In this document: piece by piece, positions 58,350-64,000 of the stretch
How the letters are laid out: every line of letters starts with the position of its first letter
Numbering within the stretch: position 1 is the stretch's first letter
Source: Chrysemys picta bellii
Lineage: Eukaryota
Length of the DNA: 64,000 nucleotides
Assembly (NCBI RefSeq): GCF_011386835.1
Contig: NC_088807.1
Coordinates: forward strand, 25,730,001 to 25,794,000
Reading direction: 5' to 3'
The notes under the pieces: generated by a model
What the model was told of the DNA's origin: nothing
What the model saw: only the letters and a program-made list of their open reading frames with translations
Database searches by the model: none
Position numbers and translations under genes: made by a program

Positions 58350-59060
58350 ATAGATTTTGGCTGGGGTTGGGCTACAGATCACTTGAAGGCGGAGGGTGGC
58401 GGGGAGAAATGTTGTTCCTATTGTATGAGTAAAGGGCAGTAGACCTGTACTTGGCCTGTGCTGATTGAGGGCATCGAGAGAGAGGGTGGGGACCTGCCCC
58501 TCTGCACTGCTTAAAGACAGAGCCGGTTAGGCTCCATAGATCGTCTTTTGTTCTGTTCAGTGACCACTGCAGCTGAACTCACTGATAATCCGGTCCAAGT
58601 GCTGAGACCTGCAGTGGGACAGTGTTTCTGTGGCAGAGACGGCCCAGACCTCACTAGCAGCGAGGTTCCCCCCCGAGAGCTCAGCTGAAATCACTGAGAG
58701 CTGGTGGAACCGCAAGAGACCAACTCGCAGAGGTCACGGGGCAGGTGGCAGCAGCAGGTGATGGCGCAGGGCCATTGGCAACAGAGCGATGGAGTGAACG
58801 GTGGCACAACGAACAGCCGTGGCCAGAGCGAACAGTGAGCCGCTGGAGGAACGAGCAAGGTGCCTTCTTGCCCCCACCTGGGAGGTGAACTCACGGGAAA
58901 GCACCTCTGAACTCGGAGTCTCCACTGACTAAGGACAACGCCGGTGAGCGGGGTGTGGTGGAGGGAAAAGTGAGGGGCACGTTAAATAAACGTTTGTTTG
59001 TTGGACTCTATTTTAGTGACTTTGCTCCCGAATGCTAGATTTGTGACTGGGAACGGAAAC
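58350..59060. mobile_element. Possible solo-LTR-like interspersed repeat
   Basis: General resemblance only (simple-repeat-free, AATAAA at about 58985); no internal ORF and no paired LTR seen. Confidence 0.3.
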
Positions 59061-59204
59061 TTATATAAATATGTTTCCTAGTAGGCCAAGATTTTTTAAA
59101 TGCATTATTTGCCAAGGTTGTTATCTCACATCGTTGCTATCTTGCCAGGTCATTATGTTGGGGAGTTTCTGTACTAAACGTTTTTATTATTGTAATTAAT
59201 TTTT

Positions 59205-60390
59205 ACATAAGAATGGTCCTACTGGGTCAGACCAATGGTCCCTATAGCCCAGTGTCCTGTCTTCTGACAGTGGTCGAGGCCGGGTGCTTCAGAGGGAATG
59301 AACAGAACAGGGAATCATCAAGTGATCCATCCTCTGTTGTCCATTCCCAGCTCCTGGCAAACAGGCTAGGGACACTCAGAGCATGGTGTTGCATCCCTCC
59401 CCATCCTGGCTATTAGCCGCTGATGGACCTATTCTCCAGGAATGTATCTAGTTCTTTCTTTAATCCTGTTATAGTTTTGGTCTTCACAGCATCCCCGCCA
59501 AAGAGTTCCACGGGTTGACTTTATGTTGTGTGAAGACGTACTTCCTTTTGTTTTTTTAAAACCTGCTACCTATTAATTTCATTGGGTGACGGCTAGTTCT
59601 TGTGTTATGTGAAGGATTAAATAACATTTCCTTATTCACTTTCTTCACACCAGTCAAGATTTTATAGACCTCTATCATATCCCCCCTTAGTCGTCTCTTT
59701 TCTAAACTGAAAATTCCCAGTCATTTTAATCTCTCCTCCTGTTTCATACCCCTCATCATTTTAGTTGCCCATCTCTGTACCTTTTCCAATTCCAATATAT
59801 CTTTTTTGGGATGGGGTGACCTGATCTGCACACAGCATTCAAGGTGTGCACGTACCATGGATTTATATAGAGGCAATATGATATTTTCTGTCTTATTATC
59901 TATCCCTTTCTTAATGATTCCCAACGTTCTGTTGGCTTTTGTGACGGCTGCTGCACATTGAATGAATGTTTTCAGAGAACTCTCCACAATGACTCCAAGA
60001 TCTTTCTTGAGTGGTAACCGCTAATTCAGACCCCATCATTTTGTATGGATAGTTGAGATTGTTTTCCAATGTGCATTTCTTTGCATTTATCAACATTGAA
60101 TTTCATCTGCCATTTTGTTGCCCAGTCACCCAGTTTTGTGAGATCTCTTTGTAACTCTTTGCAGTCTGCCTGGAACTTAACTATCTTGAGTAGTTTTGTA
60201 TCATCTGCAAATTTTGCCACCTCACTGTTCACCCCTTTTTCCAGATCGTTTACGAATACGTTGAACAGTAATGGAGTTAGTACCGACTCCTCAGGGACAC
60301 CACTATTTACCTCTCTCCATTCTGAAAACTGATCATTGATTCCTACCCTTTGTTTCCCCATCTTTTAACCAGTTACTGATCTTCCCTCTT
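59205..60390 (-). mobile_element. CR1 LINE 3' fragment
   Basis: Peptides VNSGVPEESVLTPLLFNVFVNDL...FADDTKL and YKSMVRAHLECCVQ; tail ACATAAGAA at about 59205. Confidence 0.93.
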
Positions 60391-60576
60391 ATCCTATGAT
60401 GGCTTACTTTTCAAAAGTCAATTTAAATTAAATACATTTAAAAATATATATATATATATATATTTAGAAATCTAGACCTGTTATGTGTTTTGCTGTAACT
60501 TGCATTATCCTTATGTTAAATTTGCATTATCCTAACAAAACATTTACTTTATTCATATCTCTTTTATATGTTGCAG

Positions 60577-62906
60577 GTCAAAGTGAAAATGAAAAGACAA
60601 AAAACAATACAATAATTTTTCCACTCAAAGGCCTCAAAAACTAACCAAGGTGAAGAACTCATCAAGAACCAAGAATATATCAACATGTCATCTGAAGGTT
60701 CAAGTGGTATATCTACATCCGACCACCCCGAAGCACAAATACAGCTACTGACTGAAGAAACAGTGTCTCCAAAACCCAAAGCCAGTTCCCGATGTTTGTC
60801 AGTCAACGTGTTCCCATTGATTGAAGTTACAAAAGATGGCTACTGGTGCAACTCTTGCAAAAAAGCTTACGAAGAAGGAAAGCTTCCCAATGCTCTAACT
60901 GGTAAAAGTGGAGGAGGTTGGTTTGTCAAACCGATCAGCAAAGCCAATGCTGACAAACTACGTGAAAAGGCTGCAAAACACCAGGGCTCTGGACCACATC
61001 AACATGCAGAAAGCCTTATAAGCCCACTGTCAAAGCCAATTCTAGAAGTACTTAATGAGGCTGTTAAGAATGCTGGAGACACAACACAGTTCATGTGAAC
61101 AAACATGGCTGTGGCATCCTACTTTCTATTTAAGCAAGAGACACCACACACTACAAACTGGAGGCCAATGTTAAGTGCATTGTCACTGGTTCCGAACAAG
61201 ACCAGCAAATGCTCACTCTCTTTCTGCAAGAAACTCAACTGACTGGCTAGAAGCATGCGGTGCAACAGTGAAAGACTCAACAGTTGAAAAAGTGACCAAC
61301 TCTCTCACCATATTCAAAATATTTGCATACATGGCTGCTGAATGCACCGATGCAAATGGGCATCAAGTATTAAGTCATTGTGTACGTTCTCTTGAGGTCA
61401 GTGGTCGGCCAGTAGATGCATTTCTAGATGTTCAAGTTATAGAAGACACATCGGCTGCATCTGTGACAACCCACATCTTAGAAGAGTTAAATGCTTGTCA
61501 GTTGGACCCCAAAGAGATGTCTGCTTGTGCATTTGATGGAGCTGCAAACTTCTCTGGAAGACATGGTGGAGTACAAGCTTTGCTCAGAGAAAAGTGTAAC
61601 CCTAATCTCTCCTATACGCACTGCAGAGGCCATCTACTCCAACTAGCCCTAGTACGAGCTGCAGAATCTTCAAAAGACATTTAAAAAGCTATACATTTCA
61701 TGTCTTCATTATATTCTTTTTTCAGGAAGAGTCCAAAAAGACTGAATATCTTGGAAAATATAGCAGATATAATGGGACTGAAGTTCAAATTAGTCCAACC
61801 TGGGAAAACCCGCTGGCTTTCTCATGAGCGATCCTTGGCTGTTGTCTTAAAATTACTCCAGCCATTATTACTGGCGTTGGAAAGTATCTCCCAAGATGGG
61901 ATGGATCTAAGGAGTGAGGCTGGTGGATTACTTTTGCTACTACGTTCAGAGAAGACTGTTGCCATTCTCTCTCTCGTAGGTCTACTGTTGAAACCACTTG
62001 GGTCATTACACAAGGCCATCCAGGCATCTGCTACAACAGTAGAGATCTTTGTCCAGCAATAGAAGCTACATTTGGATCAATCCGAGATCTATCCATTGTA
62101 AAAGTACTGGACGAAGCAAAGACTTCAGTCCAGAAGTTGACTACTGAAGGCATTTATATTGAATGCTTAAGTGAAGAGGACAAGAAGTGTTTGTTAAGAC
62201 AACTGAAAAAGTACAGACTTGATTCTTACAAATCTACAACAGCGACTTCTAGATTCTACTCACCTCTACGTAGCTTTTACAGATCCCTGTCCTATAAAAC
62301 ACCAACAGTTGAGTGGAGAGCGGCACTTCCAGCAATGGGGCTGCCGTGTGCTCAGGACAGAACAGAGAATTTGAACACAGAGTGGAATATCATACGACGA
62401 ATGAATGAAGATTTGACTTCAACTTCTTTTTTATCATCACTAGTGGCTCGACCCGATCTTTGTGTTCTGTTTCCTGGGATGAAAGAAGTAGGAATTCATC
62501 TCTTGCTCCTCCCACTCACAACAGCTACAGGTGAGCGTTCTTTTTCATCACTGAATAGAATTGTGTGTTCTGAAAGAAGTCGCCTTCTGCCTGATCACGT
62601 GAATGAACTAATGAGCACATCAACTGAAGGAATGGAAGTACCGGATACACGAGAAGCCACCAAACATGAACGCATTGCATTCGAGAAGTTCATTAACAGA
62701 GTTGTGCAAAATTATAACAAGAAACCAAGAAGGATGTAGACGTAGTGCTTCATAGAAGGCTTGAGTAGCCAACTTTAATTTGTGTGATGATTTTAAAACA
62801 TGAGTTAAATCTAATGGTCATGAAACATTTTTCAGTTTTTATATGGTGCCATACAGACCACCTTCACTCTCACAGTCTCACCCCTCATTGGCCTTGACAC
62901 CCCCTG
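60577..62906 (+). mobile_element. Decayed hAT-superfamily DNA transposon (transposase broken by stops and frameshifts)
   Basis: Consecutive ORF pieces from ATG 60589 (MKRQKTIQ*FF) to 62739 carry hAT motifs AAECTD, AFDGAANFSG, HCRGHLLQL (CxxH), KTRWLS and the hATC dimerisation motif LPLTTATGERSFSSLNRI. Possible right TIR ends GACACCCCCTG at 62906. Confidence 0.9.
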
Positions 62907-63425
62907 GTGGTCTAACCCACCAGCCCCCATTCCCCTCCCAGAGCCGGGGAGAGAACCCAGGAGTCCTGGCTCCCAGCTCCCCTGTTCTAACCACCAGACC
63001 CCACTCCCCTCCCAAAGCCGGGAGAGAACCCAGGAATCCTGGCTCCCAGCTCCCCTGCTCTAACCACCAGCCCCCACTTCCCTCCCAGAGCCAGGGAGAG
63101 AACCCAGGAGTCTGGGCTCCCAGCCCCTCCCCTGCTCTAACCACCAGCTCCCACTCCCCTCCCAGAGCCGGGGAGAGAACCCAGGCGTCCTGGCTCCCAG
63201 CCCCCCCTGCTCTAACCCACCAGCCCCCACTCCCCTCCCAGAGCCGGGGAGAGAACCCAGGCGTCCTGGCTCCCAGCCCCCCCTGCTCTAACCACCAGCC
63301 CCCACTCCCCTCCCAGAGCCGGGGAGAGAACCCAGGCGTCCTGGCTCCCAACCCCCCCTGCTCTAACCACCAGCCCCCACTCCCCTCCCAGAGCGGGGAG
63401 AGAACCCAGGCGTCCTGGCTCCCAG
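62905..63425 (-). repeat. 71-bp tRNA-like minisatellite array
   Basis: Same unit as at 3830, about 7 copies. Confidence 0.95.
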
Positions 63426-64000
63426 CCTCGCCTCGCCCAGCTGGGCTGATCGACCCTGTCAGGGCTGCAGGTTGCAGCTTTGACGGGAAAGGCCACCCGT
63501 TGCCTCTGCTGGTGCCAGCCGCCGCAGCCGGTGGGCAAGCGAAATAAGGAGCGACCGAAACCAAACCAGGTCCGGATCCGCCGAGCTGGGAGCCGGCTCA
63601 GCCAAACCCCCGACGGGCGGCGTTCTCCAGCCCCCTGGCGCAGGTGGCATGGGCCTTTGCTCCGCCTTCCGTTGGATCCCCTGGCATGGGCCGCTCCTGT
63701 GAGGATCACCCCCCCTTGCCTCTCCCCTCCCTGACCCCAGCAGAGAGAGCTATCAGAAGGCTGACGGGTGATCTGCAAGGGGATCCAGAAGATCGGGAAC
63801 AGTGTCTCCATGTGCCTCAGTTTCCCCACCTGTCCAATGGGTTGAAATAGCCTTTGGCTATGTAGGTGGTCAGGTTTGGGACTGTCTCTTAGTGTGCGTA
63901 TGTACAGTGACAGGCATGATCAGGCTCGACTTTCGTTTGGGATCTGTGCAGCGTCGGGCACAGTGAGGGCACCAATCTCAGTAGTACCTGGCACAAGGGG

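Noticed and set aside
58000-60500. Left TIR of the hAT element
   Set aside because: No convincing inverted match to the putative right end (CAGGGGGTGTCAAGG) was found, so element boundaries and TSD are not claimed.

Overview
GC-rich vertebrate genomic DNA, almost certainly turtle, judging by a tortoise PolIII/SINE, CR1 LINEs and a tRNA-like minisatellite family. The window holds orthologues of therian Xp11 genes in the order WNK3 (-, 5' end only), HDAC6 (+, 5' exons lost in a 500-N gap), WDR45 (-, complete, 358 aa), PFKFB1 (+, complete, 469 aa) and an intron-containing MAGE gene that looks pseudogenised (-). A decayed hAT transposase, several CR1 fragments, MITEs and many GC-rich minisatellites fill the rest. 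The most striking pattern is that five tandem repeats in four genes start at an exon/intron junction and multiply the 5' splice donor. One of these, in PFKFB1, is a 51-nt stop-free in-frame unit. Other items of interest: a 12-unit CTCF-like motif array between the divergent WDR45 and PFKFB1 promoters, a nine-copy YY1-motif cluster upstream of WNK3, a CLEAR-like element at WDR45, and an AT-rich, non-vertebrate-looking block in an HDAC6 intron that is probably low-quality sequence. All calls were made by eye; no database searches were run.
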